Notes: generated by a model not told the origin, from the letters alone. DNA of 64,000 bases from Nostoc sp. (GCA_036918135.1 JBALDB010000032.1:105546-169545); one strand, 5' to 3'; numbered from the stretch's first letter, positions 19,150 to 30,398 are shown. Made by a program: numbers and translations.

Positions 19150-22100
19150 GTGTGGCAGATGCTCAGGCGGATATCACAGTCGCTTAAAAGGTTTTTAAAG
19201 CGCCTCATTAAAAGTAAGCAGACTCGTTCTCTCAAGGATACAAGAGGACACAATTTGGTAGAGGTACTACCAGAACTAACTAATGCCGATCTGGAACAAT
19301 TGTTTATCCAATTGTTGGAAGGCGTGCATCAAGCACGAGGACGACAGTGGGCATTGAGGTATCTGCAACGAATCGAAAATCGCATTTCGGCTGAACGTTG
19401 GATAGCTTGGTTGGTGATGTTTGGTGAAACCTTGCTAGCTTCACCTACACCGAATCAGCAGTTAGCAACACAGATGGTGCAACTAGGAGAACTTGGTATC
19501 GGCAGAATTGGAGATCTTGCCTATGAAATTGGCATACGGCTGATGCAAAACTTACCCACACAGATAGAAACAGAAATACACTATGAGGACGACAGGGCGC
19601 AAGATGTCATAGAAACTACTCCTGGGCAAGAATTGATCCGCGAATTAGGCGAACAGTTATGGGAGTATGAAGACCCAGATGTCCTAGAAACTACTCCTGG
19701 GCAAGAATTGATCCGCGAATTAGGCGAACAGTTATGGGAGTATGAAGACCCAGATGTCCTAGAAACTACAACCGATGACGAAATTCTACCAACTTCGCCT
19801 GGGCAAGAATTGATCCGCAATTTAGGCGAACAGTTATGGGAGTATGATGAACCAGATGCCCAAACAATAACGCCAGCACCGGAAGTCTCTGTAGAAGAAA
19901 TATTTAGCCAAGACTCAGAGGAAGTGATATTTGAGTATCAAGAAGAAGATGCCGAAAGCACAATACCTACACTTCCTCTCCCCCCAGCAAAAGATTCAAT
20001 CACTACATTAACTCAGCTGAGGTGGGATGATGAAGAGGAAGATACTCAAACTCAAACACGAGCAAATCTACTTTCGACTAGCCAAAGGACTGAATTAGCA
20101 ACAACTGATTCAGACCAAACCTGGAATAGCAGTTTGGCGAACTTAGAGCCAAATGTCGCAAATACTTTAGATGAACTGTGGGTGAGGTTGGATCAAAGTA
20201 GCAATTTAGTCCAGCAACTTGCTTCTAACTTAGCAGTTCAAAGCAGCAATTCCTCAAGTATTATTGAGCGATATGGCAACGAGCCGATTACCGAAGCTCA
20301 AGTGTGGTTTTACCAAGGTCTTGGGCAAGCGAAAACAGGTGATTTATTAGGTGCGATCGCATCTTACGACCAAGCCATTGAACTGCAACCGGAATTCTCA
20401 GAATATTGGTTTAATCGCGGCTTGACCCTGTTTCATTTAGAACGTTTTCAAGAAGCAATTGCATCTTACGAAACAGCCATCGAACTCAAACCCGATTTTT
20501 ACAAAGCTTGGTACAACCGGGGTGGAACTCTGGGAGAATTAGGATATTTTGAAGAAGCGATCGCCTCTTTTGATAAAGCCATCGAAATCAAGCCAGACTA
20601 CCAAGAGGCTTGGTCTAGTAAAGGTTTAGCACTGCTGAAGTTAGGCTGGCTACGGGAAGCAATTTCTAGTTACGACCAAGCCCTCGATCTGCAACCACAA
20701 GACCAAGAAAATTGGTATCACCGGGGCATAGCACTAGCCGTAGGCGAACAATTTGAAGAAGCGATTGCATCTTATGACAGGGCGCTAGAAATTGACCCAG
20801 ACTACCATGAAGTGTGGATAGATCGGGGTGTAGTGTTGTTTAATTTAGGACGCTGGTCACAAGCCATCTCCTCTTGGGACAAAGCACTTTCAGTTCAAGC
20901 CGACTTTTATTTAGCTTGGTACAACCGGGGTGTGGCGTTAGATAATTTAGGACGCCGCGAAGAAGCCATCGCTTCCTATCGGCAAGCGATCGCCATCAAA
21001 CCCGACTTCCATTTAGCTTGGTATAATCAGGCAGTAGCATTGTTTTATTTAGAACAATTTGCCGAAGCGATCGCTTGTTATGACAACGCTTTGCAAATAA
21101 AACAAGATTACTGGGAAGCTTGGATTGGTCGTGGTACCGCTGTTGGCAATTTAGTAGATCCACAGCCATTACTGAATTTGTCAAGTAGTATCACAGCGAA
21201 CAATTCTGACTTACAACAGATAGGCTACGAGGGGAAATTAGCTAGCTTCGAGGAAGGATTAAAACATCTGCGTACAGATACCCACCCAGAAGGTTGGGGT
21301 AGATTGCATCTGGCGATCGCTAACGCCTACTACGATCGAGGTAAGAAACAGCCTAATCCTCGTGATTATTGGCGTAAAGCTGCATCTGAGTACCATCAAG
21401 CGTTGTTAACTCTCACCTTAGAATATTTTCCTCACTTACATTTAGAAGTTTTGCAATCCCTAAGCAAAGTATTGATGGGTTTGGGACAAACAACACAACT
21501 TCAAGAATTACTGCAACGAGGTAGATATTTATTGCAACAATTATTAAGTGAAGAAACTCGCTCTGAAGAAAGTAAAAAACAGTTAGCCCTGAAATTTGTA
21601 GGCTTTGAGCAACTAGCAGTTGATTTAGCGGTAGATTATGGTGATGTGGTAGAAGCTTGGGAAATTGCCGAACAAGGCAAAAATGCTTGCTTAAATTGGC
21701 TGCTATTTGGTTGGAATAATGATATTTATTCACCCCATTATCACACAATTCAGGAACTATTTAATCCCACAACAGCAATTATTTACTGGCATATTAGTCC
21801 AGTTGCCCTACACACCTTCATTCTCAAATACCAAGCGCCATCACCGATTCTACTTTTTACACCTATACAAGATGTTGGGGCAATAACTTTAGGAGAAGAG
21901 GCTATCCGTCTCAATGAATTACCCCTACCTGAAGCAGTACGACGCCTGATTGAATTTGAAAATTGGCTAGAAGATTGGCATCAACAATATCAAGAATATC
22001 GTACCACGGCTCAAGATAAAGAAAGTAAAATTCAGCATTCTTGGCGAGTGGATATGGAACAAAAGCTGTTGCAGTTGTATGAAATTTTAAATATTTCTAC

Positions 22101-23022
22101 AATTGTTCAGGAACTTGAAGGCATTAACCAACTGATTTTAATTCCTCACCGCGATTTGTACAGATTACCTATTCACAGCCTTTTTCATTTTTCTTCTCCA
22201 TCCGCAGAAGATTTACCAAATATTGAGTCAAATTTCACCGTTACTTATTTGCCTAGCGCTCAAATAGGTTTATCAATAAAAAATCCAGCTATTTTCCCGT
22301 GGCAAAACCAATTATTGCTCAGTGTTGAATCTCCTGAAAGTACAGGTTATCCGGCGCTGAAGTTTGCTAAACTAGAATCTGAGATTGTCAGCGAGATGTT
22401 TGATAATATTGAGCGCATTCAAGGCTCACAAGCAACGAAAGATATTGTAAAAAGTGCATTATTTGATAATTATAATATTTTGCATTTTTCTGGTTATGTC
22501 ACGAATTATTTAAATGAGCCAAAAAAGTCAGAATTGATATTAGCGGGTGAAGACAAGCTGACTTTAGAAGAAATTTGTCAACAAAGTTTAGCAAGTTACA
22601 ATCTTATTAGTCTCTCTGCCTGCGAAAATGTCAGTACCAGCACCTTCATTACCAGCAGCGAATATGTGAGTTTAGTTAATGGTTTTTTGAATCAAGGCGT
22701 TCCTCAGATAATAAGTACTCTCTGGACTGTAGAATCTTCAGCTAGTGCTTTGGCGATCGGAGAATTTTACCGAAGATTACAGCCTAATATATCAGCAGTG
22801 ACAGCCTTAGCTGAAGCAACATTATGGCTTAAAGAATTAACTGCTGGAGAACTGACAAAATGGTATGAAGATGTACTCAACAATTTGCATCCTGATGAAG
22901 TACGAATTAGGGCTTATTTAGCAACACAATTATATAGAAATAGCAAAATGGCATCAGATAAAAAACTTTATAATCATCCCTACTATTGGGCAGCATTTAC
23001 GATTAGTGGTAAGCCAAATTAG
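19150..23022 (+). CDS. TPR-repeat protein with C-terminal CHAT (caspase-like) domain
   Basis: About 9 consecutive 34-aa TPRs (AWYNRG...LGR.EEAIASYDKA). CHAT motifs LILIPHRDL..LPIHSL, LSACE, ISTLWTV, HPYYWAAF. Confidence 0.9.
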   Translation: MWQMLRRISQSLKRFLKRLIKSKQTRSLKDTRGHNLVEVLPELTNADLEQLFIQLLEGVHQARGRQWALRYLQRIENRISAERWIAWLVMFGETLLASPTPNQQLATQMVQLGELGIGRIGDLAYEIGIRLMQNLPTQIETEIHYEDDRAQDVIETTPGQELIRELGEQLWEYEDPDVLETTPGQELIRELGEQLWEYEDPDVLETTTDDEILPTSPGQELIRNLGEQLWEYDEPDAQTITPAPEVSVEEIFSQDSEEVIFEYQEEDAESTIPTLPLPPAKDSITTLTQLRWDDEEEDTQTQTRANLLSTSQRTELATTDSDQTWNSSLANLEPNVANTLDELWVRLDQSSNLVQQLASNLAVQSSNSSSIIERYGNEPITEAQVWFYQGLGQAKTGDLLGAIASYDQAIELQPEFSEYWFNRGLTLFHLERFQEAIASYETAIELKPDFYKAWYNRGGTLGELGYFEEAIASFDKAIEIKPDYQEAWSSKGLALLKLGWLREAISSYDQALDLQPQDQENWYHRGIALAVGEQFEEAIASYDRALEIDPDYHEVWIDRGVVLFNLGRWSQAISSWDKALSVQADFYLAWYNRGVALDNLGRREEAIASYRQAIAIKPDFHLAWYNQAVALFYLEQFAEAIACYDNALQIKQDYWEAWIGRGTAVGNLVDPQPLLNLSSSITANNSDLQQIGYEGKLASFEEGLKHLRTDTHPEGWGRLHLAIANAYYDRGKKQPNPRDYWRKAASEYHQALLTLTLEYFPHLHLEVLQSLSKVLMGLGQTTQLQELLQRGRYLLQQLLSEETRSEESKKQLALKFVGFEQLAVDLAVDYGDVVEAWEIAEQGKNACLNWLLFGWNNDIYSPHYHTIQELFNPTTAIIYWHISPVALHTFILKYQAPSPILLFTPIQDVGAITLGEEAIRLNELPLPEAVRRLIEFENWLEDWHQQYQEYRTTAQDKESKIQHSWRVDMEQKLLQLYEILNISTIVQELEGINQLILIPHRDLYRLPIHSLFHFSSPSAEDLPNIESNFTVTYLPSAQIGLSIKNPAIFPWQNQLLLSVESPESTGYPALKFAKLESEIVSEMFDNIERIQGSQATKDIVKSALFDNYNILHFSGYVTNYLNEPKKSELILAGEDKLTLEEICQQSLASYNLISLSACENVSTSTFITSSEYVSLVNGFLNQGVPQIISTLWTVESSASALAIGEFYRRLQPNISAVTALAEATLWLKELTAGELTKWYEDVLNNLHPDEVRIRAYLATQLYRNSKMASDKKLYNHPYYWAAFTISGKPN
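19611..19858 (+). repeat. Intragenic 75-nt tandem repeat (two exact copies plus a diverged third)
   Basis: ETTPGQELIRELGEQLWEYEDPDVL at 19611-19685 and 19686-19760; a third copy PGQELIRNLGEQLWEYDEPD at about 19798-19858. Confidence 0.9.
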
Positions 23023-23134
23023 ACTTATTGCAGAAGTCGGGAAAAGGGAAAGGGGAAAAGGATAAGGTTTTTCTTTACCCCTTTCCCCTTAACCGAAAGG
23101 TATTGAGTCCCTAATCCCCCAGTCCCCACTTCAT

Positions 23135-24400
23135 TTAAAACCTGCCATTTCCCTGAACAATGTGCTTAACAGTAGTCAAGGTTTCCAGGCTAATAAATCC
23201 CCGACGATGACCTTTTTGATTAGACATGCCCAGAAATACAGAATCTCCGCGCGAGGGGTTGCGAGAAAAACGCGGGGAACTGTTGATGTAGGTAGAGGCG
23301 CTATTAACTCCTAAAGCAAACTGCCGACTTTCCTGGTAAGATTCGGTAACAATGCAGTCAGCATGACCACTGCTGTGTTGATTAATCCAGGCGATCGCAC
23401 CTTCTAAGCTATCCACCAGTTTAAAAGCTACTGTCCTAGTTAAATAAGGGTTTCCCCATTCGTTTTCCTTCACCAACTGCAATTGAGGAAAAGCTTCTAC
23501 TAGTTCTGCATCGCCTTTGATTTCAAAACCTTTTTCCATTAAGCTGTTCCACAGAACTGCTAAGGATGATGGCAAGGCTTGGCGATGAATTAGTACTTTT
23601 TCAATGGCATTGACTGGATCTGGTTCGCTCTGATGGCTATCGATAATCATCCAGCGCACCATTTCTAAACTGGCATTTAGCGACCAGTAGAGGTAACAAT
23701 TACCCATTGCTGACTTTAAGACTGGGCAAGTTGACTGTCGTACTACCTGCTGGATCAAGCTAGAACGTCCGTAGGGAATCACTAAATTCACGTACTCGTC
23801 TTGGACGACTAAATCCCGAATCGAAGCACCGTGTTCGGTTGCGATCGGTTCTAAACAGCCGAGTGGTAAACCGACTTCACTGAGCGCAGTTTGCAGTACT
23901 GAAGCAATGGACGCGTTAGAATGGCTCGCTTCAGTACTGCCTTTGAGAATTATACTATTGCCAGTTTTGATACAAAAACCCGCTGCGATCGCCCCTAAAT
24001 CGGGAAATGCTTCATAAATAAATCCAATCACTCCTAAGGGCATTAACTGGGAGTAACTCTGGGAATCTTCCAATTGATAATCAGCATTCCTGACGCGCCG
24101 CAGCGGATCTGATAATTCCCCCAACCGTTGTAAAATGTCTACGGTCGTCTCTAGCCTTGTGGGAGTCAGCTTTAGCCAGTCTAATATCAATTCTGGCACT
24201 GCCATTTCCCGACTGGCTTCTAAATCCAAGGTGTTGGCTTCTAGAATGTCGTCAAATGAGCGCTCAAGCGCCCGTGCCATCGCCAATACCGCGCGACTCC
24301 TGTCTGCTCCCTTGGTGATCCCCAATTTTAGGGAAGCTTGATACGCTCGTTGGGCACTACTAATAGGTTCGGGGTGATCGTCCAAAACTTCAACAGTCAT
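23135..24400 (-). CDS. proA: Gamma-glutamyl phosphate reductase paralog (ProA2-like), catalytic Cys apparently absent
   Basis: MPLGVIGFIYEA, IKTGNSIILKG, VIPYG, HSSGHADCIVTE, YINSS. PDPVNAIE replaces the usual xxCNA.E. Confidence 0.8.
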   Translation of the reverse strand: MTVEVLDDHPEPISSAQRAYQASLKLGITKGADRSRAVLAMARALERSFDDILEANTLDLEASREMAVPELILDWLKLTPTRLETTVDILQRLGELSDPLRRVRNADYQLEDSQSYSQLMPLGVIGFIYEAFPDLGAIAAGFCIKTGNSIILKGSTEASHSNASIASVLQTALSEVGLPLGCLEPIATEHGASIRDLVVQDEYVNLVIPYGRSSLIQQVVRQSTCPVLKSAMGNCYLYWSLNASLEMVRWMIIDSHQSEPDPVNAIEKVLIHRQALPSSLAVLWNSLMEKGFEIKGDAELVEAFPQLQLVKENEWGNPYLTRTVAFKLVDSLEGAIAWINQHSSGHADCIVTESYQESRQFALGVNSASTYINSSPRFSRNPSRGDSVFLGMSNQKGHRRGFISLETLTTVKHIVQGNGRF

Positions 24401-24404
24401 TGAG

Positions 24405-24812
24405 TTAACGTCTGTAGGTAAGCCAGACCATTAGTGCTGGTAGAATAGCCAACAACACCGCCACTATTGCCCAAGCAATAATGCTAGAACCATTTGCCAA
24501 TCGCAGTGCTAATGGCAGCCATATAATCACTAGCACGAAAATAATGCCAAGTGCTATAGGCAGATAGCTTTCTCCCAAACGCGGATGGACAACACGCCAA
24601 CTATTTCCCATCCAACGCCAAGCTCGCTTGTAAGGATAGGTGGTAGAAAGCTGTTCTAGGACATGACCATTATCTTCTACTACAAAGATTTGCTGACAGC
24701 GATCGCAACCAAATGCTTCTGTCAACGTAATCGGAATTAGCTGACCCCGGCGACGACAGGGACAGGGGTATTCAGTATTGAAATCTATTTTTTCGGGTTT
24801 TTGAGATTGCAC
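24405..24812 (-). CDS. Hypothetical Zn-ribbon membrane protein
   Basis: CPC...CDRC followed by two TM helices; ends 4 nt before the proA start, so probably co-transcribed. Confidence 0.75.
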   Translation of the reverse strand: MQSQKPEKIDFNTEYPCPCRRRGQLIPITLTEAFGCDRCQQIFVVEDNGHVLEQLSTTYPYKRAWRWMGNSWRVVHPRLGESYLPIALGIIFVLVIIWLPLALRLANGSSIIAWAIVAVLLAILPALMVWLTYRR

Positions 24813-25844
24813 AAGCGTTCTAATAACTTGAGCGTGTTTTTATAGAAACGGTGGGAATACGATCCCTTGGTAAATGCCTTGGGGGCTTCTCGTGTTTATA
24901 CTTTCTCTAAGTTGGCAGGCGAAACAAACATTGTCATAAATTACAAACAGTAGATACAGCAAACTCTAAGTAGTGTAATAGTCATTTCTCGGTAGCTGGT
25001 AATTTTGTTTAAAAATTTCCTTGTTTCCATCTGTTGCTTTAAAGGTAATGTGGTTGGGTTTGTGCCATTGATTGTGCCGACATGCTTGGTACAATTTTAA
25101 AGCTACATCTCACCACTCCTAAAACAAATCATTTGGTAAGGCTACGCTGATAAACAACACTTTAATAATAAACCCTCATTTTCCTTCGGGTCACTATATA
25201 TTTGGTATGCAGTTATCAAGGTTAGATAAGGATCGCTGGAAATTTTTACTCGTTGCAGTTAATAACCGTTTCCAAAGCGGCAATTGCCAAAACACCCATC
25301 AATGTGTGACTATTTGTATGGAGTACATAGACTAGTATTTGGTAACGTGTATGCTTTCTAGTCTGACTGCCATTGCCTCCTTGCACAAATATAATTTAGT
25401 CTTACACAGCGTGTCTGGTCAAAATACCTTTACTAAGTCAAGCCTATACCCCGACACTTGCCTACTTCCTATAGGCGAATAACTATCACTTTACAAGCTC
25501 TGTCTTATGGTAGACTACAGTATTTATCTGTGAGCTTCTGTGTGGTCTTTAGCTTTTTTATTTCCCACTTTGACAAGTTTGCTGACCACTGCTACTCTCG
25601 TCTACCAACTAGCGGTTTGCACTATTACTATAATACCACGGAGATAGATAAAACTCAACTCTCGTAAGTCATCGACTGACCGTAAATAATATTATCTTAT
25701 AGGGTCTCTGTTTTTGTTTAGGACATACTGCAAAGGCCAGTCAGTTATATCTCATGTTACCCTTAGTGATGGGACACGAGCTTTGTGTGCGAACAATTTA
25801 ACAACAGATATGTCACGCTTTCTAACTTTAAAAACTTTTTTCAA

Positions 25845-25916
25845 AGCGGGTAACGCGATTCGAACGCGCGACATTCACCTTGGCAAGGTGACGCTCTACC
25901 ACTGAGCTATACCCGC
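25845..25916 (-). tRNA. tRNA-Gly (GCC)
   Basis: Reverse complement GCGGGTATAGCTCAGTGGTAGAGCGTCACCTTGCCAAGGTGAATGTCGCGCGTTCGAATCGCGTTACCCGCT: acceptor stem, D arm, GCC anticodon, TTCGAAT loop. No encoded CCA. Confidence 0.97.
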
Positions 25917-26131
25917 AATCATTTACCAAATATTACTATCTCAGATTTCTTCTAAATTGTCAACCTCTAAATTTGAGCAGGGAAACAGGGGAGCTTCAAG
26001 TCCACAGAATAAATCTGTAGCAAATCTTTACCCTTTACCCTTGAAGCTCTTTCCCATGCTCTGTTTGGTCAATACTCCATACCCAATGACCAATACTTCG
26101 ACTTCCCTCAGTACAAGTGACCAATGAGGTA

Positions 26132-26710
26132 CTAACTTAATTCTTCTGAGTCTACTGTTAAATTGCCAACGCTGGCACTTGGAAAAGAAGGTGGCAATGA
26201 CTGGCTATTACGAGAATATGGTTCTGTTAAGTTAGAACGCAGTTGCCGCATTAGACTAGCCATTTCTAAAGCATTTAAGGCGTAATCCCAACCATGATTA
26301 CCTTTGATGCCTGCTCGTTCTAAGGCTTGTTGCATAGTGTCTACCGTCAAAATGCCAAAAATGACTGGCACCCCGGTTTGAAAGCTGGCGGCGGCAATGC
26401 CTTTAGAAACTTCGGCGGATACGTAATCAAAATGAGGTGTTTGTCCTCGAATCACTGCACCAAGACAAATTACAGCATCGTAATGATGGGAAAGTGCTAG
26501 TTGGCGAGCTACTAAAGGCACTTCAAAACTTCCCGGTACCCAAACGTAGTCTACCTGATTACCGTGAGGGTTGGGGTCTACACCGTGGCGTTTCAAGCAA
26601 TCTTGACATCCCTCTAGCAGCTTTCCAGTAATCAGGTCATTGAATCGACCGATTACCACTGCAAAACGCAAAGGTTCCGTTTGAGTAAAAGTTCCTTCAA
26701 AAACTGCCAT
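26132..26710 (-). CDS. ribH: 6,7-dimethyl-8-ribityllumazine synthase
   Basis: [41 protein letters not shown]. Confidence 0.97.
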   Translation of the reverse strand: MAVFEGTFTQTEPLRFAVVIGRFNDLITGKLLEGCQDCLKRHGVDPNPHGNQVDYVWVPGSFEVPLVARQLALSHHYDAVICLGAVIRGQTPHFDYVSAEVSKGIAAASFQTGVPVIFGILTVDTMQQALERAGIKGNHGWDYALNALEMASLMRQLRSNLTEPYSRNSQSLPPSFPSASVGNLTVDSEELS

Positions 26711-26898
26711 GACTGCCTCTTAATCAACTATACTTCTGGCCAATATACATTTCTTATTTAAATTAAGAGGAGCAGGAAAGCATGGTCAAAACGGAGGAAA
26801 CAGGAAAAATCTCTGCTTTTTTCCCTTAACCTTTGACCTTGGCTTTACTGCCCCTCTAATTTTTATATTAAGTGCCTGCCCTAGAGCGAAGCCGTTGC

Positions 26899-27087
26899 CT
26901 AGACAACAAAAAAGTTTAACAAACCGACTAAAAATACCAAAGCAATCCAGACGCCAGAACCAAGCCACAGCAGCTTTTTAGATTCAACCCAATATTGGGG
27001 AGTAGCATAAGCAACGGGAACACCAACAACTAGAACAAAAGACAACATAACTAGGCCTATCAGAGCAAATTGAAATATTATGGTCAT
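26899..27087 (-). CDS. psbZ: Photosystem II subunit PsbZ
   Basis: 62 aa from ATG 27087: [30 protein letters not shown]. Confidence 0.95.
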   Translation of the reverse strand: MTIIFQFALIGLVMLSFVLVVGVPVAYATPQYWVESKKLLWLGSGVWIALVFLVGLLNFFVV

Positions 27088-27278
27088 TTTTGCTTCTCCC
27101 ACTACAGCGAAATACTAAAGATAGAATAATCCTAAAGGGCGACACAGAGACTTTCTTCTTATTTTTAAGCTACCAGAAATTGCAACATTTTAGTCAAACG
27201 TCCCAACTTAACAGTCCAAAATCCAGGGTGTAAATTTGGACTCTTGATTTTTGACTTTTGACTCTTGATTCTGAAATT

Positions 27279-29984
27279 ATGGATTTAATTCTTTGCCACA
27301 CAACAGCTGATTTTGACACACTTGGGGCAGCAGTAGGACTAACGCGCTTACTTGCGGGAAGCAAGATTGTACTTAGCGGTGGTTCTCACCCTACTGTACG
27401 GGATTTTTTAGCCTTGCATCGAGATGAATATCCGCTAATTGAACGCCGTTCGGTGAATCCAGAAAAAATTCGTTCTCTGAATGTGGTGGATACGCAACAC
27501 CGCGATCGCTTGGGTAAAGCTGCCGAGTGGTTAGATTTACCTGATGTCAAAGAGATTATAGTTTATGACCATCACTTAGGACAACAATCAGATATTCCCG
27601 CCACGCGATCGTATATTTCTTCAGTAGGAGCCACCACAACTTTAATTGTCGAGCAATTGCAACAACAGCAAATTTCTCTAACTCCTGCTGAAGCCACAGT
27701 CATGGCTTTGGGTATCCATGTTGACACTGGCTCGTTGACCTATGACCAGTCTACACCACGAGATGCTTTAGCTTTGGCTTGGTTGATGCAACACAGTGCC
27801 AGTTTATCGGTCATTTCCACCTACCGCGACCCTGGATTGTCTGCTCAATTGCAGCAGCTACTAACCAAAGCCCTAGAAAATCTAGAATCTCTCTCTCTAC
27901 GCGGATATACAGTTGGGTGGGTAACTTTAAAAACAGATAGCTTTGTAGCTGGTTTATCAAGTTTGGCTTCAGAACTTGTAGAATTAACCGAAATTGATGC
28001 CATACTCCTGGCTGATGAGTATTCTTTAGGTGATGGTGATTCACGCTTAACAGTAATTGGGCGATCGCAAATTCCCAAAACAAATCTCAATTTATTATTC
28101 CAACCCTTCGGCGGTGGCGGTCATTCCCAAGCTGCATCGCTGAACTTAAGAGGAGTAGATTCACAGGCAATATTACAACAGCTCCTTGACGGGGTAAAAG
28201 CCCAAATCCCTCAGCCTCTGACTGCTAGGGACTTGATGTCTTCTCCTGTCCGCACTATTTTGCCTGAAACCACAATTGCCGAAGCCCAGCGTATTTTATT
28301 GCGCTATGGAAATTCTGGTTTATCTGTAGTCGATACCGAAGGGCAATTGGTAGGTATTATTTCGCGACGGGATCTCGATATCGCTCTGCACCACGGGTTT
28401 AGTCATGCGCCAGTTAAGGGTTATATGACCACAAACCTGAAAACGATTACACCAGATACGACACTGCCACAAATTGAGGCGCTGATGGTGACATATGATA
28501 TCGGGCGTTTACCAGTATTAGCAAACGGGCAATTATTTGGTATCGTCACACGTACCGATGTGTTGAGAGAATTACATCAAGAGGATACAGGGACGCGGGG
28601 ACGCTCTGACTCAGGGACTGGTTCACTGCTTGCATCAGAGCGTCTTAATCTCTCAGTATCATCTTCTCTTGCTCCTCAACTGTGGCAATTGCTAACTACA
28701 GCCTCGCAAGAGGCAGAAAAACGAGGTTGGCATCTTTATCTTGTCGGGGGTGCAGTGCGGGACTTGCTGTTAGCTGACGCAGCAGACAAGTTGATGATTA
28801 AAGATATTGACCTTGTAGTTGATGGCTTTCACAAATCAGCAGATGTTGGCGCTGGTGTGGAATTAGCAAAAGCACTCCAACAACTTTACCCAGCAGCTCG
28901 TTTAGAAATCCACGGGGCTTTTCAAACTGCGGCTTTGCTGTGGCATAAAGACCCAGAATTAGATTCTCTATGGGTGGATATTGCTACGGCTAGAACAGAA
29001 TTTTATCCTTATCCAGCAGCGAATCCGGAAGTTGAAGCGAGTTCTATTCGTCAAGATTTGTATCGTCGAGATTTTACGATCAACGCCCTGGCTTTACGGC
29101 TCACCTCCCCCCGTAGTGGTGAATTACTCGATTTCTTTGGTGGTTTACTCGATTTACAAGCTAAACAAATTCGGGTTTTACACGCCAACAGCTTTATCGA
29201 AGACCCCACGCGCATTTATCGCGGCGTGCGCTTTGCTGTGCGCTTTGGCTTTGAGATTGAACCGCAAACACAAGAGTTTATTCGCTATGCCATCAACAGT
29301 GGCGTTTACGATCGCACTGCTCAAGAGAATAGCAAAACTCCAGCCCTGCAAACTCGATTAAAAACAGAATTAAAGCACATCTTAGAAGCCCCCTACTGGA
29401 AATTGGCTTTACAGTTACTCGATAACTTAGGGGCATTGCAATGCATTCATCCTACACTAAGGCTAGACGCATTACTCCTGCGACAATTACGTTTGCTAGA
29501 ACGGTGTTTGCGGCGATTTGACCCTCAACAAATCTTAATTCACTGGGAAATGCGTTTAGAAGTGTTAATCGCCCATCTAGAACCACAGTATCGGGTGAAA
29601 GTGGCAAAAAATTTGCAATTGCAAGAGGATGGCATTAAACGGTTGCAAAATCTAGCTCAGGCTCAAGCTGAAGTTTTAGAAACTTTACCTGGCTGTCAAC
29701 GCCCTAGTCAAGTTGTTCAATTTCTAAGGCAGTACGACTTACCAATGTTAATTTTAATCGCCTTACAAACCCAGCAAGTAATCAGGCAGCAGATATGGCA
29801 TTACTTAACAGTTTTGGCTAATATTGGGCCGATTTTAAACGGTAATGACTTAAAAAAATTAGGTTACAAACCAGGGGCCCAGTATCGACATATACTAAAC
29901 GATTTACTTGCTGCAACTTTAGATGGAGTGATTAAAAATAAAGCTGAGGCTGAGGAATTTTTAGCCAAGTCTTATCCTCAGTAA
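27279..29984 (+). CDS. DHH-CBS-tRNA nucleotidyltransferase (A-adding/CCA family)
   Basis: DHH motifs (ADFD, YDHH, GGGGH), a CBS pair, [33 protein letters not shown] 27279 preferred as start. Confidence 0.9.
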   Translation: MDLILCHTTADFDTLGAAVGLTRLLAGSKIVLSGGSHPTVRDFLALHRDEYPLIERRSVNPEKIRSLNVVDTQHRDRLGKAAEWLDLPDVKEIIVYDHHLGQQSDIPATRSYISSVGATTTLIVEQLQQQQISLTPAEATVMALGIHVDTGSLTYDQSTPRDALALAWLMQHSASLSVISTYRDPGLSAQLQQLLTKALENLESLSLRGYTVGWVTLKTDSFVAGLSSLASELVELTEIDAILLADEYSLGDGDSRLTVIGRSQIPKTNLNLLFQPFGGGGHSQAASLNLRGVDSQAILQQLLDGVKAQIPQPLTARDLMSSPVRTILPETTIAEAQRILLRYGNSGLSVVDTEGQLVGIISRRDLDIALHHGFSHAPVKGYMTTNLKTITPDTTLPQIEALMVTYDIGRLPVLANGQLFGIVTRTDVLRELHQEDTGTRGRSDSGTGSLLASERLNLSVSSSLAPQLWQLLTTASQEAEKRGWHLYLVGGAVRDLLLADAADKLMIKDIDLVVDGFHKSADVGAGVELAKALQQLYPAARLEIHGAFQTAALLWHKDPELDSLWVDIATARTEFYPYPAANPEVEASSIRQDLYRRDFTINALALRLTSPRSGELLDFFGGLLDLQAKQIRVLHANSFIEDPTRIYRGVRFAVRFGFEIEPQTQEFIRYAINSGVYDRTAQENSKTPALQTRLKTELKHILEAPYWKLALQLLDNLGALQCIHPTLRLDALLLRQLRLLERCLRRFDPQQILIHWEMRLEVLIAHLEPQYRVKVAKNLQLQEDGIKRLQNLAQAQAEVLETLPGCQRPSQVVQFLRQYDLPMLILIALQTQQVIRQQIWHYLTVLANIGPILNGNDLKKLGYKPGAQYRHILNDLLAATLDGVIKNKAEAEEFLAKSYPQ

Positions 29985-30110
29985 TTGATATTGCAATCAG
30001 GTGACTATTATCGTTCTGCTTTTTGTTGTGCCTAGCGACTGATTCACACTTAACAGTCAACAGTCATCAGTCAGCAACTCAAACGGAATAATTTATTTTT
30101 TAGAGTTCCC

Positions 30111-30398
30111 TCAATACAGATAAGGATTTGTCTTCGGTTGATAGTCACAACAATCAATAGCTTCTTCTGTGTTAGCAACAGATGGGCGTACAGTGCATTT
30201 CAGACGGTAATTGTCAGTAAAATATTGGCAACCAGTACAGGGAATTTGATGCATTTGCTTGGCTGTTGTCACACTATCTCGTGCTGCTGCCCAAAGATTC
30301 AAAATAATCAGAATAATCACTGCCCAGGCAACAACAAAGCAAATTGGGGCTAACAAAGGTTGGATTACATGAATGAGGAAATAAATCAGTTCTAGCAC
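30111..30398 (-). CDS. Conserved hypothetical protein, one TM plus Cys cluster
   Basis: TM helix followed by MHQIPCTGCQYF...KC...CCDY. Confidence 0.65.
   Translation of the reverse strand: MLELIYFLIHVIQPLLAPICFVVAWAVIILIILNLWAAARDSVTTAKQMHQIPCTGCQYFTDNYRLKCTVRPSVANTEEAIDCCDYQPKTNPYLY

Noticed and set aside
25845..25916. tRNA-Gly as an integration site for an island
   Set aside because: No integrase and no duplicated tRNA 3' end seen in the window.
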